Shown here piece after piece: positions 55,361-55,533 of a DNA stretch of 55,533 nucleotides. Numbering within the stretch: position 1 is the first letter of the stretch; every line of letters starts with the position of its first letter. The notes beneath the pieces were generated by a model. It worked only from the letters and a program-made list of their open reading frames with translations. It was not told the origin of the DNA and made no database searches. The position numbers were made by a program, and so were the translations under genes. This stretch comes from a virus (taxonomy: Duplodnaviria; Caudoviricetes): the IMG/VR virus record IMGVR_UViG_3300008448_000102, positions 1 through 55,533 of that record, one strand, 5' to 3'.

Positions 55361-55533
55361 TGTGCTTGTGTGTTAGTTTTGATTACCAATTCCGTATCAA
55401 GTGTCCACTCATCGGGAGTGGGGATGACGAGCCAATCTAAGGCATCCATCACCGCTTCCTCGGTAGTCGGGTCGTACTCCCAATCTTTTATATACGCCTT
55501 GCCTTCTGCAAGGTAAGTCCACATATCATCCTC
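55357..55533 (-). CDS. partial hypothetical protein (runs off the window)
   Basis: Open frame EDDMWTYLAEG...TQAQ-stop with ATGA overlap on the next gene. Confidence 0.6.
   Translation of the reverse strand, partial: EDDMWTYLAEGKAYIKDWEYDPTTEEAVMDALDWLVIPTPDEWTLDTELVIKTNTQAQ

Noticed and set aside
1-55533. tRNA genes, integrase, DGR/reverse transcriptase, DNA polymerase, introns/inteins, stop-codon reassignment
   Set aside because: None recognised; core genes are intact under the standard code, with all three stop codons used; the genome continues beyond the window

Overview
About 55.5 kb of a tailed dsDNA phage genome with podovirus-type organisation. The host is almost certainly a member of Bacteroidota: there are repeated TAnnTTTG -7 promoter boxes and A-rich leaders without Shine-Dalgarno sequences. 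The + strand block (78-41494) holds GroEL/GroES, a cluster of tiny basic proteins, probable head-spike genes, lysis genes, terminase, portal, scaffold, major capsid, tail/muzzle and ejection proteins, and a 3493-aa polyvalent protein. The - strand block (41491-55533) holds nucleases, an SF2 helicase, a primase-helicase, an SSB-like gene, RecE-like and Sak-like recombination genes, two stand-alone DnaA-domain-IV proteins, a GATase-II/GGCT fusion and small early genes. The most notable unannotated signals are: (1) a 16-bp palindrome GTGTCYTYRARGACAC at nine sites, inside and between genes; (2) two matching iteron + IHF-site + AT-rich origin-like elements 47 kb apart; (3) hidden coding in the giant gene, namely an A10 slippage site with a meaningful -1 product, a nested 44-aa gene, and SKAQ-bounded AT-rich cassettes including an HhH glycosylase-like domain; (4) a pseudoknot-like leader on the SSB-like gene. 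All family calls come from motif recognition by eye; no database search was run.
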